A model generated the notes under the pieces. It was not told where the DNA came from and searched no databases. It saw nothing but the letters and a program-made list of their open reading frames with translations. A DNA stretch of 64,000 bases. It comes from Azolla caroliniana (Eukaryota; Plantae; Polypodiophyta). A program made the position numbers and the translations under genes. Within the stretch, counting starts at the first letter, position 1. Each line of letters opens with the position of its first letter. This document shows positions 48,073-60,716 of the stretch, one piece after another. Where the stretch lies: positions 10,788,001-10,852,000 of the forward strand of contig JBHGNT010000015.1 in the NCBI GenBank assembly GCA_043228905.1, written 5' to 3'.

Positions 48073-51000
48073 TCATGACACTATCCCCCCTTTAAAACGA
48101 CGAGTGTCACGAGTCGTTTTGGATGGAGGACCCGATTTGTGTGGATATTGACGATGGAAGTCTTCAAGAAGCGCACGAGCATTGGTCACATTCTCGATCG
48201 GTTCCCAAGTACGTTCGTTGGGACTATAGCCTAGCCAATCGACTAGATAGTAGAGCTTGTTGCGAACAATCTTGGAATCAAGGATGGTGGCAACCTCGTA
48301 CTCTGGTCCATCTTCAAGCTCGATCGGGGGTGGAGGTTGTATAATACATCCTGGGATGGTGCTCTCATGATAGGGTTCGAGGAGAGAACTATGAAACACC
48401 AGATGTATTCGAAGTTGAAGTAGATCGAGACGAAAAGCGATATCATTAATCTTTCCGATAATACGGAAAGGACCTAATTGTCGATAATCCAACTTCTCAC
48501 ATGGGCGAGTAGTCTTGATGTGTCGTCGTAGCAGCCACACCTGATCTCCAATGTTAAAACTAGATGGAAGTCGATGACGATCCGCGTAGACCTTGTGTGT
48601 TTGTTGAGCTTGCTGGAGATGAGTAGATAAATCTGCTTGTATCTTGTGTAACTACTCCAAACGATCCTCCGTGCAAGGATTTGTGGACACCTCTGGGGTT
48701 TCAAGTACACTCCACCGAGGGTGACATCCCGTATGAGCATAAAATGGCGTAACTTTAGTCGATGCGTGGATAGAGTTATTATAGGCAAATTCAACGAAGT
48801 GGAGAATATCTGCACAGTTATCCTGATGATAGCTGAGAAAGCACCGCAAATATTGCTCCAACATTTGATTTGTTCATTCGGCTTGGCCGTCGGTTTGTGG
48901 GTGGTAGCCAGAGGAGAGGTTACAAGTGACCTTGAGCATTTTAAAAAGGTGCTTCCAGAATTTTGACACGAACTGGGGTCCACGGTCGCTGACGATACTA
49001 TCGGGAAATCCATGATGCCGACATACTTCATGCATGACAATTTCGGCGGTGTCTTCATTGCAGATTTCCTTAGTACATGGCAAGAAATGAGCCATCTTTG
49101 TATATCGATCTACCATTGTTAGAATCACATTGAACCCCTTAGAGACTAGAAGATCTGTGATGAAGTCAAGAGCAATGGATTGCCACGGCTTGCTTGGAAT
49201 TGGTAATGGTTCTAATAAACCATATGGATGATGCCTTGGCATTTTCGCTCTGCAGCATGTATCACAAGTACGAACAAAATCTTCGACAAATTGTCGCATA
49301 CAGGGCCACCAGAATGATCGTTGTACTAAATCTAATGTTTTAGTACTACCAAAATGCCCAACTGTATATGTGTCATGACAGTTTTGTACTACTCGAAGGC
49401 TGCAAGAACCATTAGGAACATACAAAAGTTCTTTAAAGAAGAGTAATCCATCATGGTATTTGAATTGTCGATAGTCCGTACCTGGTGGTTGCGATGTGAA
49501 CACGACGACGCTCAAGAGGGATCAATTTGTGCTAGTATAGCTTGGGCGAAAGCATCTGTCTTCAAGTCCGCACGTATGATATTGATAACATGGGAATCCA
49601 TGGGCATGCCAAAAATATGTGTTGCTTGCAGTCGTGTCGGTCCCAAGATTACTTGCTTTTGGTTATCGAAAGCCAGCTCGCCGGGACACGGTGTTAGATA
49701 CGAACGCCATGATAATGCATCTGCCTTCCCTTGGTGCTTCCCCGGACGATATATAATTTTGAAGTCGAAACGCGTGAGGAAGTGGGCCCACCGAGCTTGA
49801 CGTCGATTTAACACACGAGCGTCCTGAAAGTAGGCAAGGTTTTTATGGTCATTGAATACGGTGACTTGATGAGAGGATCCCTCTAAAAAATGCCTCCATT
49901 GCATAAACGAGTCCACTATTGCCAATAGCTCCTTATCATGAATTTTGTAATTGATTTCAGAGGCGTCAAACTTGCGTGAGTGAAAAGCCACAGGATGTAG
50001 CTTCTCATCATGACCCCATTGTGACAGAATGCTCCCCAATGCGAAATCCGATGCGTCAACTTCGATAATGAATGGTTGTTCCAGATCGACATGAGCTAGA
50101 ATTGGAGCCGATGTAAATGCCTTTTTAAGACTCTCGAAAGCCATATGTGCTTCTTCAGAACAAACGAACGATTGTCCCTTCCTGGTAAGTTGTGTGAGAG
50201 ACAAAATGAGCTTTGAGTAATCTTGTATAAACTTCCGATAAAAATTGGCAAAGCCTAAAAAGCATTGCACATCCCGCACCGAGCGCGGAGCGCGGAGCCT
50301 ACCATTCTACCAACGTCTTGACCTTAGTTGGGTCCATGGAGATGCCTTCTGATAAAATGACGTAGCCGAGAAATTCCACCTGGTTGCACCCGTAACTACA
50401 TTTTTCTAGCTTTGCGTAAAGACCATGTTCTCAAACTCGTTTTAGTACTAACAGTACATGAGAATCATGCTCTTCTTCGGTCTTTGAATAAACTAATAGA
50501 TCATCCAAGTAGATGATCAGACAAACATCCAAGAGATCTCGGAATATATCATTTGCCATGTGCTGGAAGACTGACGGCGCATTAGTGAGGCCGAACGGCA
50601 TGACCGTATACTCGAAGTGCCCATATCTAGTGCGGAACGCGGTCTTCCATTCATCTCCTGGTCGGATCCGTACAAGGTTATAGGTCCCTTGTAAGTCGAT
50701 CTTTGTGAAGAACCTGGCACCATTGATCCGTTCTAAAAGACTTGAGATAAGGGGAACTGCATACCTATTGCGGATTGTAACTTTATTCTAACCACGGTAA
50801 TCTACCACCAGACGAAGTGAGCCATCCTTTTTCTTGACGAAGAAAATGGGTGCGCCGGCTGGAGATTTCAAATGTTGAATGAATCCATTCTCCAAATTCT
50901 CCTCTATATAGGCTTGAAGGACTTCTAGCTCGGTTGGTGACAAATTGTAGATCGGTCCCCATGGTGGCTCTTTCCCCGGTTGTAAATCGATGGGGCAATC

Positions 51001-52805
51001 ATATGGTCGATGGTGAGGAAGCGTATTGGCTCGTACTTTATCGAATACATCGACATAATGATGATACTTCTTTGGAAGTTGAACGGTGGACTCCTCTTTA
51101 ATGGTGTCGGAGGGTTTTAGTGATATTGCGAAGAGAAACATTTCTTCCTTGGGTCCTTCTTCCCGCAACTGATGTAGTGAAATGGTGGCAATCTTTTCAG
51201 TAGATCCTCGGGTTTGTCGACACCGGATTTCTCTTGTTCTCCAATCTATGTCTGGGTTATGTAACTCGAACCATGGTAATCCCAAAACGATGGGATGTTC
51301 TGGGATACTAATAATGTTAAATGATACTACACATGTTAAGTTATCTAGGACAATATTAATGGATTCTGACTCTTCTATGATATTTCCGGAAGCAATGGGA
51401 CAACCATCAATGACGACTATAGAGGCTGGACACGGGAGTTTTCTAAGAGATATCTGATGAGCTTGGGCAAAATTCCTATCCATAAAGCAAGAATTAGCTC
51501 CGGAGTCTAGAAGTGCTAAGACGTGTACTGGAGGGGTACTTTTAGTACTAACTGTTACTTGGGCTACGAACACATTGCTAACTTGCTTAGAGGGAATGGA
51601 ACCACTAATGGGTTGCACAAATCTAGGGTTGTCCAACCAAACAGCTTCTATTTTGGCTGGACTTAGTCGTTTAACTCTTCTTCTAACTGACTAAGGACAT
51701 CAAATTTGTTCGCTAGATCTAGGCTATTAGTACTATCAGATATCCCTACTGTAATAGGCTCGATTTTAGTACAATTAGAACTAGCAACTATTTGATTTAC
51801 CTGTCTTCTTGGCCTATGGGGACAATTTATTGCAATGTGTCCTGGTCCACCGCAGTAGAGACATAGTCAATTTGTTCGGCGTCGTTGCTTTTCTTCTTCG
51901 GATAATGGTCATCGACGACGTGTAGTGTCAATCTCCATCGGAGTCAGAGTATTCATTGGAGGCGCATTATAGTACTCCCTGGGTAAAGGTTTTGCTACCA
52001 TTGAGGCGTAGGTGGGCTCTGATCTTGCCCTCGGCATCTGTAGTTGTCGTTCCGAACGTCGCTCAAAGAGGCGGTTATCACATCTCATCGCGCGACTGAT
52101 TGCTTCTGTTAAGGACTTTGGCTCTTCAGGGAAAGTCAAGAGTAAATCCTTGACATCGTTGCGAAAACCATAACGAAATTGCTCCATCAACGCTTGATCA
52201 TCCCAAGGGATGTCAGCGGCGAGTAGGCGAAAATCTGTAGCGTATGCGGAGGCTGGACGGTCTCCTTGGCGTAATCACCGGATTTTGTTGATTGCGGTCC
52301 TTATGCTGTCAGTATCCCCAAAGCATGCTTTAAACTCACCTATAAACTCTTCAAAGTTGTTGAGCAATGGAGACTCCTTTTCCAACAATGGAGTGAACCA
52401 TGCCAACACTGAGCCACTTAACAGCGTCCCTACTAAACCCACTTGTGATGCATCGGTAGGATATCGGGAAGGATGCATTTGAATAACTAATCGTACCTGA
52501 TTAAGGAACCCTCTAAACTGCGATCGTGTTCCATCGAACTTCGTGGGAAGGCCAATCTTGGGTTCCTTATGAATCCCTTGTGTTCCAGGGCCTTGTTGTT
52601 GCATTGCTACGATGGTTGATTCGAGTTGTTGCACGCGTAATGCAAGTTCCCCAGGTTGTTGTTGCGTTTGCTGCTTTTCTAAGGAGATTTGTTGAAGATC
52701 CCCTAACAACCGTTGATTTTCTTGTTCCAAAGCAAGGAACTTCTCTTTCAAGCATTGAAACTCCGAGAAAACAGATTGATATTGTTGAGCGCTAACTGTG
52801 GCCAT
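48073..52805 (-). pseudogene. G2 gag-pol with chromodomain
   Basis: Gag (KFDGTRSQFRGFLNQV, CLYCGGPGHIAINC), PR (LLDSGANSCF), RT (FFVKKKDGSLRLVVDYR, YLDD), RH (EVDASDFALG), IN (WQSIALDFITDL), chromodomain (EYEVATILDSKIVRNKLYYLVDWLGYSPNERTWEP); several stops and frameshifts. Confidence 0.93.
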
Positions 52806-53165
52806 GGGATGAAAAGAAAAGAGGAATAAGAGATTAGTATGAAGGGAGAGAGACAGAAAGGAAAATTAGTTCAAATTGTCAGGAATAGTACTAGACAGAG
52901 AGAGAATTAGTACTAGAGGAGGCAAGTACTATTAGTACTAAGAGGATGCGACTGTGTAAGACTCCCGAGAGAGGAAGAGAGAAGAGGAGAGAGAGAGAGA
53001 TAGCGAGGACGAGAGAGAGAGAGAGAGAGAGAGATGATGATAACAGATTATATATTATAAGAAGAGTAAGTACAAAAGGGCTATGAGGCTAAAGACTGGC
53101 ATTGAACCAATTTGGTTCAACATAATGCCTAGTGCCCTCTTTTATAGTGTTCTCAGGAGTAATCC

Positions 53166-53185
53166 TGAAGCTTCTAGAATGTTCC
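53166..53185 (-). promoter_or_regulatory. Perfect heat-shock element upstream of the G2 5' LTR TATA box (also at 47916-47935)
   Basis: tGAAgcTTCtaGAAtgTTCc, 4 alternating nGAAn units, ~20 bp upstream of TATAAAA (minus, 53140-53146). Confidence 0.72.
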
Positions 53186-54356
53186 AGAGAAATCTGGAAT
53201 ATACATTAATTTCCTATAATAAAATGTAAATGAAAATAATATCCTACGTATTACAATAGATGATATAATGGCCAAGAGCTCAACCCATATAACCTAAGGT
53301 CATGGGTTCGAGTGTTGCCATATCATGACAAATGGAAGCTGGTGTTGCTTCACATATTTGGGCCTTCTGGCCACTAAACTTCGGCAATCCGAACACAACC
53401 TATTTCAATTGCAGATCTCGAAGCCTCCGGTAGTTGACATGGCTGATCCTCTTATGCCAGAGATCGATGTTTGATTCAATCTTCCGTCCTCTGGCAAACA
53501 TGGCAGTGCCGACGTCATTAGTGTTGAGGATGAACATCCTCCCTTCTTTGCGCCCTTGCGCAATTATCTGACCTTCTTCCTCGATGAAGCACCCGAGGTG
53601 CGTAAACCGCACCTGCATTCCATGGTTGACTATTTGTCTAACCGATACCAGGTTCTTTGTGATAGTCGGAACGTGTAATATGTTCATTAGCTTTCCCTTT
53701 TGTCCGACATGGCTTAAAGGGACTTCTTTGACATGCACAATTGGGTGAGGGGTGTTGTCTCCAGTTTCGACAATCCCCGGTTGTTCCGGTTTCTCTAAAA
53801 ACAAGAACCACTCTTCATGGCTCGTCATATGGTTAGATGCTCCGGAATCAACGTACCACACTTCCTCCGGTCCGGAAGTGGTCTTCTTCATCGAGTTGGC
53901 CTTGTGCTTCATCACAAAGGTTGGCCCCTTTCTGGTCTTCCTGGTTCCGGATCCTTCCGATCCTTCTGCGTAGTGCGAGCGTTGCCAGTTTCCCTGTCCA
54001 GTCTTGCCGGATCCGGATTTATCCGAATCGGCGCACTTCGTCTAGCACTCTCTTTCTCTGTGGCCTTTCTTGCCACAACACCAGCATTCTGTGTCGGCCT
54101 TTCCTTGCCAGTTTCCTGCAATGGCTTGACTCCCCCTGCTTGTGGAGGGTCCATAACTATTGTCGGCATTGTCTCTGTGCCTTTGGTTCTGCTCTTGCCG
54201 ACTGCTTCCATTGCATTCTGACCCACCTCGACCTCCACACCCACGGGGTCGATCCGCCTTCATGTACAACATCTAGTTGTCCGATTGAGTGGTTCTCGAC
54301 CCAATCGTGTGGTTTTCTTCGACCATCAACATTGATTGTAAGTCGAAGAAGGACGG

Positions 54357-55425
54357 TGTCGTGGTGTGGTGTGTGCACTGTGAGAAAAAGTGAGGTTCCA
54401 CGCACATCTCATGAAATAATATATAAAAAATAACAACAACAATAACAACAATAAGAAATTGTAGTAGCTTAGTGGTTAAGGCTTATAAGTATATGTAAAG
54501 AGGTGCAGAGTTCAAGTCTCTCTTCCTAAAAATCAAGGAGGATTTTGTTCCCCTTCCATTTTTTGTGATAAAGGAAATAAAATAAAATAAACATGTAATG
54601 TTAAAATAGGCGCCTCTTTCCTCTATAAGAGGGGAGGAATAGGGCTTAGTATAGGGTCGCCCATTTTGCCGTAGGGGTGTACCACTAGGGTTTCGTCTTC
54701 TCCTACTCCTCTTCTTGATTTTAGGTTTTGGTAGCCTCCCTTTCTCCTTATCACTTTCTCTTTCATCTTCTCCTTCTAGGGTTAGGGTTTGAGAGCTTCT
54801 TTCTACTTTTCTATCTTTCTCCTCAACATATTAGAGAACTCGAGGTTTAGGGTTTTTATGTTCCTTATGAGCATCTAGGGTTCTTCTTTCTTATGAGTTT
54901 TAGATTTTATGAGTTTTGCATCTACTTGAGAGTTAGGGTTAGGGTTAGGGTTCCTTATACGACGATTTCTTCAACATCTCGGTGGTAGTCAACTCGGTAG
55001 TCGGTGGTGTAAGGGAGGTTGTAGTGGCACGAGAGCTACTCCGAATCGAGGCAACATAGCCGTCAGAACTAGTCAAACTCGGAGCCCACTAGACTCACCT
55101 TTGTTGGATTACTTCATAATTGATTGTTGTAAAAACCACCTAATTCGTGGTGTCAAGCCTATAAATTCTAAAGAAAACAAAAACCCCTTATGATTCATAG
55201 TTGTTTTTCTTAATCATGAAACTAATTCTATGTAAGAAAGAAAACCACTGAAATCGTGGTATTAAACTAATTGTTGTTTAAACCCTAATTTATATAAAAA
55301 TTTATGTATATTTTCCCCATGTCATTGACATCATAATCTCCCACTATCCTCACTTCTTTTGTCTCCCTGGTCCAAGGCCCCGGTGGTCCTGTTCGAACGA
55401 CACACGCAAGCGAAACATCGTGACA
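54357..55425 (+). mobile_element. 1069-bp solo-LTR-like insert with 4-bp TSD, in copia F gag
   Basis: ACGG|TGTCGTGG...CATCGTGACA|ACGG. TATA-like CTATAAGAGGGG at ~54623, TAGGGTT-rich segment, tRNA-like boxes at 54465-54520. Confidence 0.8.
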
Positions 55426-58400
55426 ACGGTGGTTTCTCCCAGGTGCAAATTGTTGTCCGGATTGCCCGTGTCGTTGTGCTAGACCACCGAAAAAGATCTG
55501 GACCATCTCGTCTTCGTCCACCATCACATTGATGGACCCGAGCGCGTCACAAATCTCCTTTGTCATATTGGTGTAGTCCGTAACCAACATATCTCTTTGG
55601 CGGATGTTTTTCAACTCCTGTTGAAGCTGCAACTTACGGGCTATGGTACTCGCGGCAAAAAATTTCCAAAGATATTCCTAGGCCTCCTTTGGCGTTTTTG
55701 CATCCTTGATGTAGTTGAGCATCTAATCGTGCACACCGGACGCGAGGCAGTACAATACTTGGCTCGCTCCTTGCTCCCATGCTCGAAAGTGTTTGTGTGC
55801 CGGCTCCGATGCTACCTCGTTGGTTCCTTCCACATAGCTCCAATATCCATGCCCCAACAGGTACTGGTGCATTTTATCTTACCAGGGTACATAGTTGCTC
55901 TAATCGAGCTTTTCTGTCGAAAGTGAACTTGACATTCCTCTTTCCATCTTAGGTTCTCTCCTGTTCTTCACCGGGTGTTAGGGTTTGTCTTCACTAGTCT
56001 CTCGTCGGCTGTAGAGGTTCTCAACCCTTGCGCCGGATGTTGACCAACGATCTGACGCATCACCAACCCAGTTGTCATATGTATAACTGACTAATTGTTT
56101 TGTTACATCATGTGAAAGTTAGCCTGCGGAAGCATCTGCCAAACCGGCTCTACCAGATAGTAACAGTAAAGAAGAAGGTTTAATGGAATCTTAACACAGA
56201 GAATAAACATACACAGGAGAGAGAGAGAGAGAGCAGAACATAAAACTCTATTAAAAAATAACACTATGTAACTGTTGAGAATCAAGCTCAACTTGGTCTA
56301 CTGTGTGAACTCACCTTGAGAGTGAATAGACACTCCAACGGTCAAGATTCACCATTATGTCACCACTTTGTATTCTAGCATTTAGTATGAGTCATAGAAT
56401 CATATTCTATGACACATAACTTATGAGTTTTCACATTCCCCATGCTCCATGAGTCTTGTAGTTAATGAAGAGAGAGGGTGACTATATAAATCACCCTCCT
56501 CCCACCTTGTAAAATGTTGAGTCTTTCTCCTTTGTTAATATACTTAACCTTGCGTATTCTCTGTGTCTCACACACACTCTCTCTCTTATACACACACACA
56601 CAGTTCATATCTATTCCGCTGCACAAGAGTCACACCCAATTCTTTACATGGTATTAGAGTGGTTTGGTAGCTCCATCTAGCCCATCCGCGTGTGTTGAGC
56701 TCTACACTGACGTTCAAGAAGAACCGGCTCATCGTTATCATAGCTTCGCTACATACCTCGCATTCGAAGAGAGAAGAAGAAGAATCGACATAATGAATAT
56801 TCAAATGGGGAGCGCTCTCCCTACCGAGAAGTTGAATCGAAACAACTTCGCATCTTGAGAGTACAAGATGCACCAATACCTAAGCTACAAATATGGTCGT
56901 CTACCTAATGAACCGGTGCACAACATCCGGCTTGCATGAGGTCACTCCGCACGAAAAATACTTCGGACAGAAGCCGGACTTATCGCACAAGAGCCTTTGA
57001 GCGATCAAAGCACATCACGTCTTAGCCCGAAGATGGACAAAGGCAAGGCAAAAATGGCGGAATACGCAGACGATCGCTTCGATGACGATGAGTGGACTCA
57101 CTCACTCGACAGTGAGTTCAGCGGCTTCGATGTACCAATCGGAGCTAAGAAAGTCCTTATCTCTGCAAATGAAAAGCTCCGTCGCTCCACCTGTGAAAAG
57201 AATTTGGTCAGCCGATTCGGCTACAATGCCTACATGGCATATCACTATGCCTTTATGATGAAGGTGGCGACAGTACGCGAGCCGGAAACATTTTCCGAAG
57301 CAGCCAAGGATCCGTGATGGATAAAAGCCATGAGCGAGGAGATGCAAGCACTACGCAAGAATGAGACGTGGGATCTCGTTCCCACCTCACCACACAAAAA
57401 GGTGATCGGATGTAGATGGATTTACAAAGTGAAGTACAACGCCGACGGTTTCGTCAACCGCTACGAAGCGCGACTCGTAGCGAAAGGCTACGCACAAACA
57501 CACGACGTTGACTATAAAGAGACCTTTGCCCCAGTGGCAAAGATGATGATGGTACGGACCGTAATTGTGCTTGCCGTGCCGAAAGGGTGGCACCTCCATC
57601 AAATGGACGTCAAGAACGCCTTTCTACAAGGCGAATTAGAAGAAGAGGTGTACATGATACAACCACCCGGCTTCAACTCGAGCACCCATCCGAAAGTTGT
57701 ATGCCGACTCAAGAAGCCACTCTACGGCCTCAAGCAAGCACCGCGTGCTTGGCATTCAAAGATAACGCAATATCTTCATCAAATCGGCTTCCATATGTCA
57801 GAATCAGACAACTCCCTCTACATACGAAGCGATTCCGCAAGTCTGATCGTCATCATCTTATATGTGGATGACCTAGTCATTGGAGGTGAGCATCTCGTCG
57901 AAATCAATAAAGTCAAATCCCTCCTTTCCGACAAGTTCGAGATGATGGACATGAAGGAGCTCCACTACTTCCTCGGCATCGAGGTAATTCGGACTCCAGC
58001 CGGAATCATGATCTCTCAACAGCACTACATTCTCAACTTGTTATACAAGTTCGGGATGACGGAGTGCAAATCAATCGCTACGCCTCTCGATAGAAACCTC
58101 AAACTAGATGCCGACTCTGGCACGAACGAGTGCGATCCGACTCAATATCGACAACTAATCGGGAGTCTCATCTATCTCAGAATCACACGATCCGACCTTA
58201 GCTATCCGGTCGGACTCCTTAGCCAATTCATGCAAACTCCGCGAGATATCCATTTCGATTGCGTTAAGCGAGTATTATGATATGTGAGCGGAACAATGGA
58301 TTACGACATCCTCAACAAGACCGCGATGCCAATACGACTTGAAGGATACACAAACACGGATTGGGCTGGCTAGAAAGCCCATCGACAATCGACCTCTGGA

Positions 58401-59089
58401 TTTGTCTTCTCCCTCGGCAGCGGAGCGATTTCATGGAGTAGCAAGAAGTAGCCTACCATCGCTCTTTTGAGTACAAAGGCAGAATACAGGGGCGCAGCCG
58501 TAGCTGTGTGTGAAGCCGTATAGCTCAAGAGGATTTTGAAGGATCTGGGCGTTCCCATCAAGGATCTGACTCCCCTTTACTGTGACAACATGAGCAGTAT
58601 TTATCTGGCTCGAAACCCGGTGTTCCATGCGCGGGCAAAGCACATTGAAGTGCACTATCACTTCATCCGAGAGTGCGTTCTAGCTGGTGATGTCGACCCA
58701 CAACACATTAGCAGAAATCTTCAAACGGCTGACATCTTCACTAAAGCCTTAGGAGCCGACAAGCTATGGCAATTCATGACCAATCTTGGATTGACGATCC
58801 CTGACCTGCCAAGCTTGAGGGGGAGTATTGTACGCAATAATGCATAGATTCCGCAACTGCGCTATCGCGGAAATATGACGAGGATACGTGAACTTGAGGC
58901 AGGACCCCGGGGCTTCCGACCAGAGAATATCAAATAGATTAAGAATTAGCTGAAATAAGAAAGATTGACAATTTTCATTAACAATTAGAAAGAAAGATTA
59001 CAATCAATCCCAAGATTGGGATTACAAAAGTTTAGCTTATGGAGATTACTAGAATAATAGATTAGAAGAAACTAAATATGGATTCAATA

Positions 59090-59330
59090 GAAATTTAGGG
59101 TTTTTGGCTTTGATAAGAGATTTTAGATTTTGAGACATATGGCTTCCGTAGGGAAATTTAGGGTTTATGGCTTCCGTAAGGAAATTAGGGTTTTTGAGTG
59201 TTATGGCTTTTGTAGGGAAGATTAAGGTTTTTTAGTGTTATGGCTTCCGTAGGGAAGATTAGGGTTTTTTCAGTGTTATGGCTTCCGCAGGAAGATTAGG
59301 GTTTATGAGAGTTATGGCTTCCCTAAGATA
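59090..59330. repeat. Tandem repeat, ~26-40-bp unit TATGGCTTCCGTAGGGAAGATTAGGGTTTTT(GAGTGT)
   Basis: About 6-7 diverged copies. Confidence 0.8.
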
Positions 59331-59669
59331 AGGGAACTAAGAAGGAAAGGAAAATTATGGAGAGAGTATAAGTGTAGGAAAAAAAATAGAATATATATGG
59401 AGTTCTCCATTGATCATAGCCTTCCATGTTACTTTGCATGTCCACTTTTAGTTGCATGGCCTATAATTTTAGTTGCATCCATTTTTAGTTGCATGACTTT
59501 CCCCCTTTTCTTTGCATGTGTTCCAACTTTTTACATGCGTTCACATGGCCTTTACTTTAGTTCCCTTTACTTTACTTTAATTAACCACATGATCTTGTTA
59601 TCTGTTCGGTTTGCGTCTAGCCTCATCCAGTCATCGATTGCCGCCACCTCACCGACTCCACCGTTGGTT

Positions 59670-59800
59670 CAAGTTTGCTTACCAACCGGTTTCCGATTTT
59701 GCTTACCCTGCTGGTTTCCAATTTTGCTTACCGACCGGTTTCCGGTTTTGTTTACTAGATGGTTCCAATTTTGCTTACCGGCCGATTTCCGGTTTTTGGG
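59670..59800. repeat. Tandem repeat, ~24-bp unit TTTGCTTACCGACCGGTTTCC(G/A)AT
   Basis: About 5 copies. Confidence 0.8.
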
Positions 59801-60494
59801 AACTTGGCCACCATCATCCATCAAGACAAAGTGGCCAAAGTGCTCTTAGCACAAATAACAATGAGGGGTCTCAATGTGCTTATATAGCCAAAGCCTTAAG
59901 TTTCCTATCTATGTGGGATAAATCATAGTTCTATTTTCCCTATCTTCTCAAACGTCCATCTTTCTATAACATGCCATTAAGCTAATATAAAGTACTTATT
60001 TTATTATTTATTTTTTACATAGTGTGAGAAGATTCACACGACAGCGCACTGTGCAATAACGTGTGGATTCCGCAACCACGCATCGAAGCCGCGAAGAGCC
60101 GATCTACCGCGCAAAGCCGCGAAGAAAGACGCAAGCCGAAGCACAGACTTCGCAACTACGCATAACGCAAGCTGGAGCATGGATTCCGCAACTCTGCATA
60201 AAGCGAGTCGATGCGGACTCCGGAATGCGAGTCGAAGCGGACTTCGGATACCATCTGAAACCGACCCGACTTGAGCTTGAGGGGGCATGTTGAGAATCAA
60301 GCTCAACTTGGTCTATTGTGTGAACTCACCTTGAGAGTGAATAGACACTCCAACGGTCAAGAGTCACCATTATGTCACCACTTTGTATTCTAGCATGTAG
60401 TATGATTCATAGAATCATATTCCATGACACATAACTTATGAGCTTTCACATTTCCCATGCTCCATGAGTCTTGTAGCTAATGAAGAGAGAGGGT

Positions 60495-60679
60495 TGTCGA
60501 ATACAAGTATATAATGGACGTATTCACACTATCCCTTTGTATAGCTCAAGTTTGGGCCATTTGTGCAATTAGCATAAATGGTAGTTGCCCTAAGTTTGTC
60601 ACTATATAAAGTGACCTAGTAACCTTTTTGTAAGGTTGCTTGTATTATTGTTTTATGAAATAGAAAGAGTCTTTTGTGC

Positions 60680-60716
<37 letters not shown>

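Larger units (their letters stand above)
47636..53330 (-). mobile_element. Ty3/gypsy chromovirus (Tcn1-like) element 'G2', full-length, degenerate
   Basis: LTRs 47636-48080 and 52877-53330, TSD AATGG (47631-47635, 53331-53335), PPT AAGGGGGGATAG at 48081-48092, no tRNA-type PBS. Confidence 0.95.
44040..56272 (-). mobile_element. Ty1/copia element F (degenerate); hosts gypsy G2, a solo-LTR-like insert and, in its 5' LTR, copia H
   Basis: 3' LTR 44040-44502, PPT 44503-44513, RH/RT/IN 44790-47630, PR/gag 53336-55950, 5' LTR from 56111 interrupted by H at 56273. The rest of the LTR lies beyond the window. Confidence 0.88.
58863..60043 (-). mobile_element. 1181-bp solo-LTR-like insert with 4-bp TSD, in the 3' region of copia H
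   Basis: GCGC|TATCGCGG...CACACGACA|GCGC. Shares the terminal CTGGTC..GCCCCGG.GGTCCTG motif with 54357-55425 and a block with 43550-43610. Confidence 0.78.
56273..60494 (+). mobile_element. Ty1/copia element H (family A), internally deleted; 3' LTR interrupted by copia I
   Basis: 5' LTR 56273-56648 resembles the A LTR, mutated PBS TGGTATTAGAG, gag deleted after ~56885, RT 57330-58280, RH to 58847, 3' LTR from 60288. Confidence 0.9.

Noticed and set aside
54770-54955. Interstitial telomere (TTAGGG)n
   Set aside because: Only scattered or three consecutive TAGGGT units, typical of telo-box-like motifs in plant LTRs.
59090-59800. CRISPR-like repeat arrays
   Set aside because: Units are head-to-tail diverged tandem repeats without unique spacers; eukaryotic TE context and no cas genes.
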